DNA from: an uncultured Methanosarcinales archaeon
Lineage (GTDB): Archaea > Nanobdellota > Nanobdellia > Woesearchaeales > UBA12501
Reading direction: 5' to 3'
DNA length: 64,000 nucleotides
Assembly (NCBI GenBank): GCA_964397315.1
Contig: CAYNHV010000001.1
Span: 12,367-76,366, forward strand
Part shown: positions 47,526 to 57,612 of the stretch, piece after piece
Layout of the letters: each line of letters begins with the position of its first letter
Numbering within the stretch: the stretch's first letter is position 1
Notes under the pieces: model-generated
What the model was told of the DNA's origin: nothing
Seen by the model: only the letters and a program-made list of their open reading frames with translations
Databases searched by the model: none
Program-made: the position numbers and the translations under genes

Positions 47526-48489
47526 GCTGGAAGGAAAGAGTGTGCTTGTGATAGGTGGAGCGGGATTCATAGGAAGCCATGTTGTGGCTGAACTGCTGAA
47601 GGAGCCTGTGAAAGAGGTCGTGATATATGATAATTTTGCTAGAGGAAGATATGAGCATATCAACAAGCTGCTGAAGGACAGCAGATGCAGGCTCTTTGAG
47701 GATGGAGGAGATATAAGAGACATTGATGTTCTGGATGCTGCAATGAAGGATGTTGACTATGTGATACACCTTGCAGCAATGTGGCTGCTCCACTGCAAGG
47801 ATTACCCACGAACAGCATTTAACGTCAATATTGAGGGCACTTTCAATGTTCTTGATGCCTGCGTCAAAAACAAGATAAAAAAGCTTGTGTATTCTTCATC
47901 AGCATCGGTATATGGCACTGCTGTTGAGGTGCCTATTAAAGAAAGCCACCCTTTCCTCAACAAGAACTTTTATGGGGCCACAAAAATAGCGTCAGAGGCG
48001 ATGTGCACAGCCTTTTATGACAGGTACGGCCTGGATTTTGTAGGATTAAGATATATGAACGTGTTCGGGCCGCTGCAGGACCAAAAAGCAGTTTACACAG
48101 GAGTAATACCAGTTATGCTGAACAAGATAGAAGAGGGAAAAGAGATAACCATAAATGGTGATGGCTCACAGGCCTATGACTTCATCTATGTAGAGGATGT
48201 TGCCAGGGCCAATGTATGCGCACTGAAGAGCGACGCAACAGATGACTTCTTCAATGTTGGATCAGGGATCAGGACAACAATAAAAGATCTCGCAGAGAAT
48301 ATACTCAAACTGAAGGGATCAGAGCAGAAGATAAGGTTCATTCCCTACAGCGAGGGGGATGCAAGATCTCTAGTACAGGACAGGGTGGGATCAACAGAGA
48401 AAGCTGAAAAAGAGCTCGGGTTCAGGCATAAGTATTCTCTTGAGGAAGGCCTGAAGAAGCTTATTGGGTGGAGAAATAAAGCAAAATAG
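47512..48489 (+). CDS. NAD-dependent epimerase/dehydratase
   Basis: 'VLVIGGAGFIGSHV', 'YGATK'. 325 aa. Confidence 0.85.
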   Translation: MMANKLEGKSVLVIGGAGFIGSHVVAELLKEPVKEVVIYDNFARGRYEHINKLLKDSRCRLFEDGGDIRDIDVLDAAMKDVDYVIHLAAMWLLHCKDYPRTAFNVNIEGTFNVLDACVKNKIKKLVYSSSASVYGTAVEVPIKESHPFLNKNFYGATKIASEAMCTAFYDRYGLDFVGLRYMNVFGPLQDQKAVYTGVIPVMLNKIEEGKEITINGDGSQAYDFIYVEDVARANVCALKSDATDDFFNVGSGIRTTIKDLAENILKLKGSEQKIRFIPYSEGDARSLVQDRVGSTEKAEKELGFRHKYSLEEGLKKLIGWRNKAK

Positions 48490-48504
48490 ATTAGGGGGAT
48501 TATA

Positions 48505-49935
48505 ATGAAAGTTTTTTTAGTAAGTCCACCACAACCAAAAAAAGATTTAGTATCAAACTTAAGTAAAGGGGAGGGTTTTATTTTACCTTATAGTTTGCTG
48601 TGTATTGCAACATACCTTAATTACAAGAAACACAAAGCTAAAGTTTTGGATTGTCCTGCAGAGCACATATCTAATAAAAATCTTTATGATATAATAAAAA
48701 AAGAGAAACCTGATGTGGTAGGATTAACAGCTTTTACTTTTACTATCCCAAAAGCATACAACGCTGCTGAAACTATTAAAAAGGCTTCACCAAACACTAA
48801 AGTAGCTCTAGGCGGCATTCACGCAAGTGTTCTTCCTATTCAATGTTTAAAGGAGTGCAGGCATATAGATTTTGTTGTTATTGGAGAGGGAGAGTATGTT
48901 TTTGAAAGATTATTAGAGGCTCTCGAAAAAAAAGGCGCTCTTTCAGAGGTTAGTAATTTAGCATACAGAGAAGGAAAAGCCCATAGATTAACAAAAAAAG
49001 AGCATATATTTCTAGATCCCAATAAATTGCCTCTTCCAGATTATAGCTTATTAAACATGGACAGGTATGTTCCTCACAGGGGAAATTATAAAGATTTACC
49101 ATGTTACAGTTTTTATACCAGCAGAGGGTGTCCTTTCCAATGTTCATTTTGCTCTGCCAATATAAATATGGGAAGAATGATCAGAAGGAAAAGCATAAAC
49201 AGGTGTATTAAAGAGATAAAAATTTTGGTTAATAAGTATGGGGCAAGAGGACTGATAATCCAAGACTCAACATTTACCATCCAGAAAGAGTGGGTAAGAA
49301 ACTTTTGTAAAGCTTTATTAAAAAATAATATCAGATTAAGCTGGAGAGCTAATACAAGAGCAGACTGTGTGGACCTGAAAACCTTAAAGTTGATGAAAAA
49401 AGCAGGATGTTATAGGATTAATGTTGGATTTGAATCTGGAAATCAAGAAACACTGGATTTTATAAATAAAGGGACTACTCTAAAGCAGAATAAAAGAGCA
49501 GCATATCTTGCAAGAAAAGCAGGTTTGCAGATAGGGTCATCCTTCATAATAGGGCTTCCTAATGAAGGGATGAAGGAGGTTATGAATACTATCAGGTTCG
49601 CTAAGGAAATAAAAGCTAAACATGCTCAGTTTTACCTTCCCATACCCTATCCTGGAACAAAACTCATGGATTTATGCAAAAAGTACGGAGGGGTAAGAGA
49701 AAATACAAGATGGGAAGATTTTGGCTCTAGAGATTTCAGCAATGCAGTATATATAAACAAAAACTTTGACAAAGAAACCTTTAAGAATCTGCCCAATATG
49801 GCATTTAGAAGATTTTATCTTGATCCTAAAACAGTAGCCAGACTTATTTTTACTATAGGAAGCTTTCACGAGTTAAAAGATACTCTGGGAACTCTTAAAT
49901 CAATAGCAAAAAAAGCCATATTTAACAGACTATAA
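48505..49935 (+). CDS. B12-binding domain radical SAM protein (class B radical SAM, methyltransferase-like)
   Basis: N-terminal B12-binding-like region and 'YTSRGCPFQCSFCS' (CxxxCxxC). 476 aa. This is the start of a visibly AT-richer segment. Confidence 0.8.
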   Translation: MKVFLVSPPQPKKDLVSNLSKGEGFILPYSLLCIATYLNYKKHKAKVLDCPAEHISNKNLYDIIKKEKPDVVGLTAFTFTIPKAYNAAETIKKASPNTKVALGGIHASVLPIQCLKECRHIDFVVIGEGEYVFERLLEALEKKGALSEVSNLAYREGKAHRLTKKEHIFLDPNKLPLPDYSLLNMDRYVPHRGNYKDLPCYSFYTSRGCPFQCSFCSANINMGRMIRRKSINRCIKEIKILVNKYGARGLIIQDSTFTIQKEWVRNFCKALLKNNIRLSWRANTRADCVDLKTLKLMKKAGCYRINVGFESGNQETLDFINKGTTLKQNKRAAYLARKAGLQIGSSFIIGLPNEGMKEVMNTIRFAKEIKAKHAQFYLPIPYPGTKLMDLCKKYGGVRENTRWEDFGSRDFSNAVYINKNFDKETFKNLPNMAFRRFYLDPKTVARLIFTIGSFHELKDTLGTLKSIAKKAIFNRL

Positions 49936-49936
49936 A

Positions 49937-50797
49937 ATGAAAATACTAGTTACAGGATCTTCAGGTTACCTAGGAAATGCTTTTATTAAACAATTTAAGG
50001 ATGAGCATGATATAATAGGACTTGACAGAGACAATAGAAAAAGAGATTATAAAAAAGTGCAAGGAGATCTCTCTAATTATAAGAAAATCATGAAAAATCT
50101 GGATGAGATAAAAGATGTGGACTGCATAGTGCATTTTGCGAGCCTTACTGATATAAAAGAGTGTGAAAAAAACAAAATGGCGGCTTTGGAAACTAATCTA
50201 ATGGGGACATGGGCACTTTTAGAGCATGGAAAAAGAGTGGGCATAAGAAAATTCATATACATCTCCACAGGAAGCATATATAAAAAAACAGAAAAAGAAG
50301 TGTCAGAAGAAGATGAAACAGAAGCTGATAACTTTTATGAAAGCACTAAACTTATGGCAGAAGAAATCTGCAAACAATATTCGAATAAATTTGATATAAT
50401 AATGTTAAGACCTTTTTTTCCTTATGGAAAAAACACCCATCCAAACAGATTGATAAATAAAATCATTCAGAATGTAAAAGATGGAAAGAGCATAATTCTA
50501 AATAGAAAAAATAAGCCAATTGTATCTCCAATATATGTAGATGACATGAGCAATGCAATAGATACCATAATAAAGAAGGACAAAGAAGAAAAAATTTCAA
50601 TATATAATCTTGCTGGCCCAAACGGATACTCCATAAAAGAGATTGCAGAAATAATTGGGAAAATAATCAATAAAAAACCAAAATACCAAAAAGGAAAGTC
50701 AGACTCCTCCAACTTCTGTGGTTCTGCAATAAGACTTAAAAGTTTAGGTATTAAATTGCATAATATAGAGGAAGGCTTAAGATTAACCATGGAATAA
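49937..50797 (+). CDS. NAD(P)-dependent epimerase/reductase (RmlD/short SDR-like)
   Basis: 'ILVTGSSGYLGNAF', a 'YESTK' YxxxK. 286 aa. Confidence 0.6.
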   Translation: MKILVTGSSGYLGNAFIKQFKDEHDIIGLDRDNRKRDYKKVQGDLSNYKKIMKNLDEIKDVDCIVHFASLTDIKECEKNKMAALETNLMGTWALLEHGKRVGIRKFIYISTGSIYKKTEKEVSEEDETEADNFYESTKLMAEEICKQYSNKFDIIMLRPFFPYGKNTHPNRLINKIIQNVKDGKSIILNRKNKPIVSPIYVDDMSNAIDTIIKKDKEEKISIYNLAGPNGYSIKEIAEIIGKIINKKPKYQKGKSDSSNFCGSAIRLKSLGIKLHNIEEGLRLTME

Positions 50798-50833
50798 GTT
50801 GGCAACATCAGCAGTATATAGTTTAAAAAGAAT

Positions 50834-52702
50834 ATGTGCGGCATAACAGGATTATTCAATTTTTCAGGAAGTGCGGCTTCTGATGATGTAATCAAGAGCA
50901 TGACAGATGCCATAAAGCACAGGGGACCTGACGGCGAAGGTTTCTTTAGGGAAGGGAATATGGCTTTAGGCCACAGGAGGCTCTCTATAATAGACCTCAG
51001 TGAGAAAGGCAGCCAGCCCATGAAAGATGAAAACGCCTCTGTTATAATAGCATATAATGGTGAGGTTTACAATTTCAAGGATATCAGGAAAGAGCTTAAG
51101 GAGAAAGGCTATGATTTCAGGTCAGAAACAGATACAGAGGTTGTCCTTTATGCATACAAGGAGTGGGGCATCTCATGCATAAGAAGATTCAATGGAATGT
51201 TCGCTTTTGCATTGTGGGACAGGAAGAATAAAAAGGGCTATCTTGCAAGGGACAGGTATGGGATAAAGCCCCTCTATTATTACAAGGATGGGGAGAAGCT
51301 TGTCTTTGGGTCTGAGATAAAAGCCATACTTAAACATCCTGAAATAAAGGCAGATCTGGACTACAAGGCCCTCAAAGAGTATTTCACATTCCAGAATGTG
51401 CTGTCAGACAGGACCCTCTTTAAGGGAATAAGACTTATGGAGCCAGGCAGTTACATAGAATTCGGGCCTGAGACATTCAACAAGGAAAGATATTGGGATT
51501 ATGATTTCATCTCAGGAGAGCTAAAGCTTCAAAAAAAGGAGATAATAAGCAAGCTCAGGGAGATATTTGAAAGAGCTGTTAGGAGGCAGATGGTGAGTGA
51601 TGTGCCTGTCTCCAGCTATCTGAGCAGCGGGATGGACTCATGCTCAATAGCAACTGTTGCCTCCGGAAACACTGAAAACATGAGAACATTCACAGCAGGC
51701 TTTGACATGAGGGGGGTATCAGGTTTTGAGAATGATTTTGATGAGAGAGAAAAAGCCAGGATAATGGCAGAGCATCTTTCCACAGAACATCATGAGACAG
51801 AGGTAAGCTCTGAATTCATGGAAAAATCCATGGAAACCCTTGTTTACCATATTGAGGATTTAAGGATGGGAATGAGCTTTCCTAACTATGCTGTGGCAGG
51901 TCTTGTGTCAGGCCATAACAAGGTTGTGCTGGCAGGGACAGGAGGTGACGAGCTTTTCTGCGGCTACCCATGGAGATATAACCATGCTGTGGGCAACAAA
52001 GACAGAGGGGAATACATCAGGAATTATTATGGACTCTGGCAGAGGTTGGCAGGAGATGATGAGAAGCAGGAGATGTTCACGCAAGAAGCCTTAAGGATGA
52101 TGGAGGATTACGACACTTTTGAAGTGTTCAGGAAGGTTTTTGACAAAAAAAACATTGACCCAAATAATAACAGGGACTGTGTAAACAATGCGCTCCAGTT
52201 TGAAGCAAGAACATTCCTCCACGGTCTGCTTGTTATTGAAGACAAGATCAGCATGGCGCATTCCCTGGAGACAAGAGTCCCTTTTCTTGATAATGAGATG
52301 GTGGACCTTGCCATGAAAACACCTCTCAGTCTTAAGCTAAAGAATTATGAGAAGCTTATGAGAGCAGGGCCTGATGAAGCAGAGGCATTGAGAGGCAGTT
52401 ATGTTGAGTCCACAGACGGCAAGCTCATACTTAGGGAGGCCATGGAAGGGCTTATACCAGAGGAGATAGCCTTCAACAAGAAGCAGGGATTCTCTGCCCC
52501 TGTTGCAGAATGGTTCAGGAAACATAGCAGGAGCTATGTGGAAGATGTTTTGCTTTCAGAAAAAGCCTTAAATAGGGGCATATTCAACCCGGAATATGTG
52601 AGAAAAAGGCTGCAGGCCCATTTTGAGGGGAAGGAGAACAACAGGCTCCTCATATGGTCCCTGTTATGCTTTGAGCACTGGTGCAGGAGATGGTTGGATT
52701 GA
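50834..52702 (+). CDS. asnB: asparagine synthase (glutamine-hydrolyzing) family amidotransferase (WbpS-like candidate)
   Basis: Ntn 'MCGITG', 'GHRRLSIIDLS', PP-loop 'SSGMDSCSIA'. 622 aa. Confidence 0.85.
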   Translation: MCGITGLFNFSGSAASDDVIKSMTDAIKHRGPDGEGFFREGNMALGHRRLSIIDLSEKGSQPMKDENASVIIAYNGEVYNFKDIRKELKEKGYDFRSETDTEVVLYAYKEWGISCIRRFNGMFAFALWDRKNKKGYLARDRYGIKPLYYYKDGEKLVFGSEIKAILKHPEIKADLDYKALKEYFTFQNVLSDRTLFKGIRLMEPGSYIEFGPETFNKERYWDYDFISGELKLQKKEIISKLREIFERAVRRQMVSDVPVSSYLSSGMDSCSIATVASGNTENMRTFTAGFDMRGVSGFENDFDEREKARIMAEHLSTEHHETEVSSEFMEKSMETLVYHIEDLRMGMSFPNYAVAGLVSGHNKVVLAGTGGDELFCGYPWRYNHAVGNKDRGEYIRNYYGLWQRLAGDDEKQEMFTQEALRMMEDYDTFEVFRKVFDKKNIDPNNNRDCVNNALQFEARTFLHGLLVIEDKISMAHSLETRVPFLDNEMVDLAMKTPLSLKLKNYEKLMRAGPDEAEALRGSYVESTDGKLILREAMEGLIPEEIAFNKKQGFSAPVAEWFRKHSRSYVEDVLLSEKALNRGIFNPEYVRKRLQAHFEGKENNRLLIWSLLCFEHWCRRWLD

Positions 52703-52712
52703 ATGATAGGCA

Positions 52713-53297
52713 TCAGTCTATAGCAATCCTGTATGTGTTTTTGACCCTATCAATGTACCACTTATCTATAGAGAGTGTTGATGGATAGTTATATCTCTCA
52801 TCAACAGCAAAAATATTAACTTGCCCGAAAGAGGATGCTCTGTTATTGGACAGGTTAACAAATCCAAACCCTGCATAATAGTTTTTTCCGTCCCATTTCG
52901 GAAATGGCCTTGTAGGGGAGGTTAATGTCATGTACCATGTGCCGTTCCTATGCAGGGTTTTATAATAGTGAAAATCCCCCTGCAACACAAGATCTGTGTT
53001 GTACATTGCATTCCAGTGTTCAACAGTCCTGGCTTCAGTCTTACTCCATCCTATTGCCCTGCGTCCTTGGCTATCAAACAATACAGGGGGTTCGGATATC
53101 ATAATGAGAGTTTTGTTTCTATATTTCCTCAGATTATTTTTGATCCATTCCATCTGATTATCTGTTGGTTTGCCGCTGTGAAGTCCCACAGGATTTATCT
53201 CATTCCCGTTAACCACCATAAAATTATACTCGCCTACATTTGCCATAAAATTCCATTTCATGGTGGGAAATGTTCCGTTCTTTTTGGCCTCATTCAA
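52713..53297 (-). pseudogene. C-terminal fragment of a metallophosphoesterase (purple-acid-phosphatase-like), N-terminal metal-binding motifs absent
   Basis: 'LVLQGDFHYY' matches the GHxHxYER-type C-terminal motif. There is no GDxHG/GDxxDRG upstream, the in-frame upstream is closed by stops, and the only start is TTG. Confidence 0.4.
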
Positions 53298-53364
53298 AAT
53301 GTTTCTTTGGGAGTCAAAGAATACAGGCCTCCCAAATGCTTTTGCGTAAATGACCTCCTCCCCG

Positions 53365-53384
53365 ACCTAAAGGTCGGGGAATTA
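53365..53384. other. perfect 8-bp-stem hairpin CCCCGACC-TAAA-GGTCGGGG at the truncation point
   Basis: Palindrome read directly from the sequence. Confidence 0.5.
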
Positions 53385-53656
53385 AACCCCAGTGCTCACT
53401 ACACTCGCATTAGTGTTTTGGAGCCTCATTTTGCCCTTAGGGGCATTTTGAGGTTTTTAAATCTTCATCAAAATTACAGAAGAAGCATATTTCTAAATAT
53501 GGGCAAAACAGAGCTTGGTAATGCTTTTAAATGGCCTTTGGGATGTTTAGACTATTTTAAAAGAGGATTAAAGATAAACAATAATTTTATAAATGTGTGG
53601 TTTTAGATTATTTAAGTCCCGGAGGGGGTATTGAAGAGGGGTGTATATTTAGATAA

Positions 53657-54394
53657 ATGATAATTTTAACTTTTGACATGGACTGGGCACCTGATTGGAT
53701 TATGGAAGATATAGCTGACAGGCTGATTAAAAAAGAAATACCATCAACTTGGCTGGTGACCCATGAGACTCCTTTTATCAAGAAGTTATTAAAATACCCT
53801 TCTCTCTTTGATATAGGATACCACCCTGATTTCTTAAGAAATTCAATAGAAAAAAAAAGTGTTGATTCAATAATGAAAAAAATGAAGAGCATAATTCCTA
53901 GGAGAAACATCATAAGAACTCACTGCCTGTATCAGTATACTGACCTTTTAAGATATTTGTGTACAGACCATGATATACGAGTGGACCTTTCAGTCTATCT
54001 TCATCTGACTCAAGATATAAGATCTCATTTCCTGAATTGCAAGGACGGAAAAAAGCTTCTCAGAATACCTACTTTTTTTGAAGATGACCTCTTTTTTGGT
54101 GAAAACACAGATTGGGGCATAAAAGAGCTTGGAATAGAAAGGGAAGGGTTGAAAGTATTCAACTTTCACCCAATCCATATCGCCCTGAATTCAAAAGATT
54201 ACAGGGGATATAGCGAATTAAAAGAGGAAACGCATGATTTAAAACTTGTAAAAAAAGAGCAAATAAACAAGTTCTTTAATAATGAGAAAGGAATAGAATC
54301 CCTATTTAGTCAGTTAATTGAATTCATGGAGAAAAATAGAGATAAGGTTAAATCATTGCCTGATATTTCAAGAGAATTGGGAGTTAAAATATGA
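53657..54394 (+). CDS. hypothetical protein (possible polysaccharide-deacetylase-like fold)
   Basis: 245 aa; 'TFDMDWAPD', 'GYHPD', 'NFHPIHIALNS'. The family assignment is uncertain. Confidence 0.3.
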   Translation: MIILTFDMDWAPDWIMEDIADRLIKKEIPSTWLVTHETPFIKKLLKYPSLFDIGYHPDFLRNSIEKKSVDSIMKKMKSIIPRRNIIRTHCLYQYTDLLRYLCTDHDIRVDLSVYLHLTQDIRSHFLNCKDGKKLLRIPTFFEDDLFFGENTDWGIKELGIEREGLKVFNFHPIHIALNSKDYRGYSELKEETHDLKLVKKEQINKFFNNEKGIESLFSQLIEFMEKNRDKVKSLPDISRELGVKI

Positions 54395-55146
54395 GGCATG
54401 TAAATATTGATATAAATAAGAACCTGATTAAAGGATTAGGTGAAAATGATTTGTCTTTCCTTAAAAGAGTTTACTCAAAGAATATTAATAAATACAGAGA
54501 AAGAATTAAGATGATTGGATTTGAAGATAAAAACGCTGTGCTTGATGCAGGATGTGGTTTCGGACAGTGGCTTTTTTCCCTTGCAGATATGAACAAAAAG
54601 GTGGTTGGAATAGATTTTTCACAAGAGAGAGTTGATGTATGCAAGGAAATAGCACAAAAGAATAATATAAACAATGTTGAAGTGATTAAATCAAGCATAA
54701 CTAATACAGAATTGAAAGAAGAATCTTTTGATGCCATATTTAGTTATAGTTCAATCTATTTTACTGATTACAGAAAAACACTTAAAGAATTTTACAGGTT
54801 GCTTAAAAAAGGGGGAGTATTGTACTTCACGACCAATAGTTGGGGAAAGTATATATCTGATATCATCAATAATCCTTATCCAACCAGCGATTTTTATCCA
54901 AGATGGTATGCTATAAAGACAATATGGAATACATTCAAGAACAAAAGAGAAGGTTTCTCTATGGAAAACGGAGCCTTGGTTATGTCAAAAAAAAAGACTA
55001 AGAGAATAATGCAAAAAATAGGTTTTTATGATATAAGAATCGATTATGACGGCCACTTATGCACAAAAGACCGAGAACCGCTCCCTTTAGTTCCAGAAAC
55101 ATATATAGGCATGACTCATTCTTTTGAGGTGTTAGCAAGAAAATGA
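54391..55146 (+). CDS. class I SAM-dependent methyltransferase
   Basis: Motif I 'VLDAGCGFGQW'. 251 aa. Confidence 0.75.
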   Translation: MRHVNIDINKNLIKGLGENDLSFLKRVYSKNINKYRERIKMIGFEDKNAVLDAGCGFGQWLFSLADMNKKVVGIDFSQERVDVCKEIAQKNNINNVEVIKSSITNTELKEESFDAIFSYSSIYFTDYRKTLKEFYRLLKKGGVLYFTTNSWGKYISDIINNPYPTSDFYPRWYAIKTIWNTFKNKREGFSMENGALVMSKKKTKRIMQKIGFYDIRIDYDGHLCTKDREPLPLVPETYIGMTHSFEVLARK

Positions 55147-55958
55147 CATGCAACATCTTTTTCATAGTGGGTTGTAGCAGATCTGGCACCACAGCCCTGG
55201 TAAAAATTCTCAATACAGCAGTTAATGCAGAGGTGTTTACCGAACAGGAACCTAAACTCTGCATAAATGCAAGGATAAACTATGAGTTTGGAATGCCTCG
55301 CAGTAAAGATTACATAAAAGAAAGCAAGAGTAAGGCAATCAAGGCTACTCTCTCTAAAGGGAAAAAATATATGGATAAGAACCCTAATTATCTATTCTTT
55401 ATAGATGAACTGATGGCTAACTTTGATTGTAAATTCATTTTTGTTATCAGAGATGGGAGAGATGTAGTAAGAAGTGCTATGGATTATGATGAGTATGGAA
55501 AGAATCTTTACAGAACATTTGAAGATGAAGATAACCCAAAAACAGTGCAACCTGAAGAAGATTTCTGGGATTTTGCAAGACTAAGGCCAAAAAAAACAGA
55601 TACTATATTTTATAGTTGGAAGAGTCTGACAAGATTTGAGAAAGCATCATGGTACTGGGCAAAATTCAATGGTCTGATACTTAAAAAGATAGAGAAGAAG
55701 GATAAAGACAGATTTATTACTGTGGATATCTCAAACATAAATCTAAAAGAAATTGAAAAAATATTCAATTTTGCAGGGCTTGAAGGATTTAATAGAGACA
55801 TAATAAGCAAAATGCTCAAAGAAAGAATCAACTCAGCACAAGAAAAGTGGGGCCTGAAAGATATCTTTCCAAAATGGGATAAATGGGATAATAATATGAA
55901 AGAATCGTTTAGCAGATATGCAGGACGCATGATGAAAAGATTAGGTTATAATAAATAA
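55143..55958 (+). CDS. sulfotransferase family protein
   Basis: 5'-PSB 'FIVGCSRSGTTAL' and 3'-PB 'VIRDGRDVVRSAM'. 271 aa. Confidence 0.75.
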   Translation: MTCNIFFIVGCSRSGTTALVKILNTAVNAEVFTEQEPKLCINARINYEFGMPRSKDYIKESKSKAIKATLSKGKKYMDKNPNYLFFIDELMANFDCKFIFVIRDGRDVVRSAMDYDEYGKNLYRTFEDEDNPKTVQPEEDFWDFARLRPKKTDTIFYSWKSLTRFEKASWYWAKFNGLILKKIEKKDKDRFITVDISNINLKEIEKIFNFAGLEGFNRDIISKMLKERINSAQEKWGLKDIFPKWDKWDNNMKESFSRYAGRMMKRLGYNK

Positions 55959-55990
55959 GGAGACAATTCGATAAGAGAAGGGGGCATGAT

Positions 55991-57598
55991 ATGGAAATAC
56001 TGTTTTTAGTTTTGGTTCTTGCTTTTGGATTGCTATTGAGACTTGCTTTTATAACAAAGGAAGGCACAGATTTATATGTCCATTTCTGGTTAATTAAAAA
56101 GCAGAAAGGAAGAAAATGGGTAAACTATGAGGTAGAAGACTCAATAGTCAAGGGTGTTAGGGCTTACCCAGTGCTTAACCATCTCCTAGTAAGCAAACTG
56201 CCTGAAAAATACTGGATTACAGCAGGAAAGGTATTAAACGCCTCTTATGATATAATAACAGCCGTGCTTGTTTATATCACTGCGAGATTTGTAAATTTAG
56301 AGGGAGGGTTTTATTATAGTGTTGCAGGAATTAGCCTGCCATTGATTTGCACATTTGTATTCTTGACCCTCCCAGTTCTTTTGCCTTCAAGTGCTCGGAT
56401 GAGAACAATAGGGGGAAGGTCCATGGGGCTTCTTTTTGTTTCATTATACTTTGTCAGCTTGGGAGCGGGATATTTAATACACCCAGTCTATTTTTTTCCC
56501 TCTGTGATATTCGGTCTCCTTGCGATACTCAGCTCTAAGTTTGGTTTCCAGACCATCCTTTTATTTTCTTTTTTTCTGGCTTTCATCAAGCTTTCGGTTA
56601 TCCCTTTGATTATTACGACTATCCTGATTATAATAGCTTATACTTTTCCGAAATTAGGGGCATGGACAATAATAAAACACTGGTGGGATCACAGGATATG
56701 GTTCTTCAATAACTATGAGAAGTGTACAGCTTCAGCAGGAAGAAATAATATAAAAGATATACTATTTCTTCCGGTATACTTATTCAGAGACAGAAAAAAA
56801 TTCATCATGCAGTGCTATTTCAAGATTACACCATTAATGGCATTGAGAGTCGTCCCTGTTGTCGTTTTCCTTATCATAATAAGGTTTTTTTACCCTGGTA
56901 TCTGGTCAATAATTCAGAGTAATAGTTATCTGCTATTCTCCTGGGATATAACTGTTGCCTCAATATTCTCCTTCATATTAACTTCAATATATGTTTTTAA
57001 GGGTATGGGAGAAGCTGAAAGATATTTTGAGTACAGTTCTCTCTTCTACTCCATCATATTCCCATTTATAATTTTTAATATCTCTAAGTCAAGAGAAGAT
57101 ATATTATTCTCTGTTCTTTTGCTACAACTTGTGATTATATTATCACACCTTCTGGTTATAAATTATAACAAGCTTGTTGATTCTGAGACGATGATACCCA
57201 AGAACATGAAAGAGGCTGTTGAATGGATTAGGAATAATGTAAGAAAAAGCAATATATTGACGGTTCCCTGTAAACTTTCAGTAGTCTTATCATCCAATGC
57301 AGATAAGGATAACCTCAATAAATTCTATTTTAGGTTTATCATGACGAAAAGAGGGGGTCTAGATTACTTTGAAGAGGACACAGGGGGATACCATTATTCA
57401 CCAGTAAACGGCCTCATGAGATCTAATGAAGTTTTTAGTTTAACTCCCTATGAGATGAAAAGAAAATATAAAGCAGATTATATTGTTGTGGAAAAGAAAT
57501 ATTTTGAAGGTTTAAAGAAAACATTGGGAAAACAAGGCATAAAGTTCCTAAAGAATCCTGTTTTCGAGAATGGGAACTTCCTGATTTATAAGCTTTAA
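55991..57598 (+). CDS. polytopic membrane protein (putative glycan polymerase / GT-C-like)
   Basis: 535 aa with >10 hydrophobic segments, located inside the glycan cluster. Confidence 0.4.
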   Translation: MEILFLVLVLAFGLLLRLAFITKEGTDLYVHFWLIKKQKGRKWVNYEVEDSIVKGVRAYPVLNHLLVSKLPEKYWITAGKVLNASYDIITAVLVYITARFVNLEGGFYYSVAGISLPLICTFVFLTLPVLLPSSARMRTIGGRSMGLLFVSLYFVSLGAGYLIHPVYFFPSVIFGLLAILSSKFGFQTILLFSFFLAFIKLSVIPLIITTILIIIAYTFPKLGAWTIIKHWWDHRIWFFNNYEKCTASAGRNNIKDILFLPVYLFRDRKKFIMQCYFKITPLMALRVVPVVVFLIIIRFFYPGIWSIIQSNSYLLFSWDITVASIFSFILTSIYVFKGMGEAERYFEYSSLFYSIIFPFIIFNISKSREDILFSVLLLQLVIILSHLLVINYNKLVDSETMIPKNMKEAVEWIRNNVRKSNILTVPCKLSVVLSSNADKDNLNKFYFRFIMTKRGGLDYFEEDTGGYHYSPVNGLMRSNEVFSLTPYEMKRKYKADYIVVEKKYFEGLKKTLGKQGIKFLKNPVFENGNFLIYKL

Positions 57599-57612
57599 TA
57601 AATATATAACCA

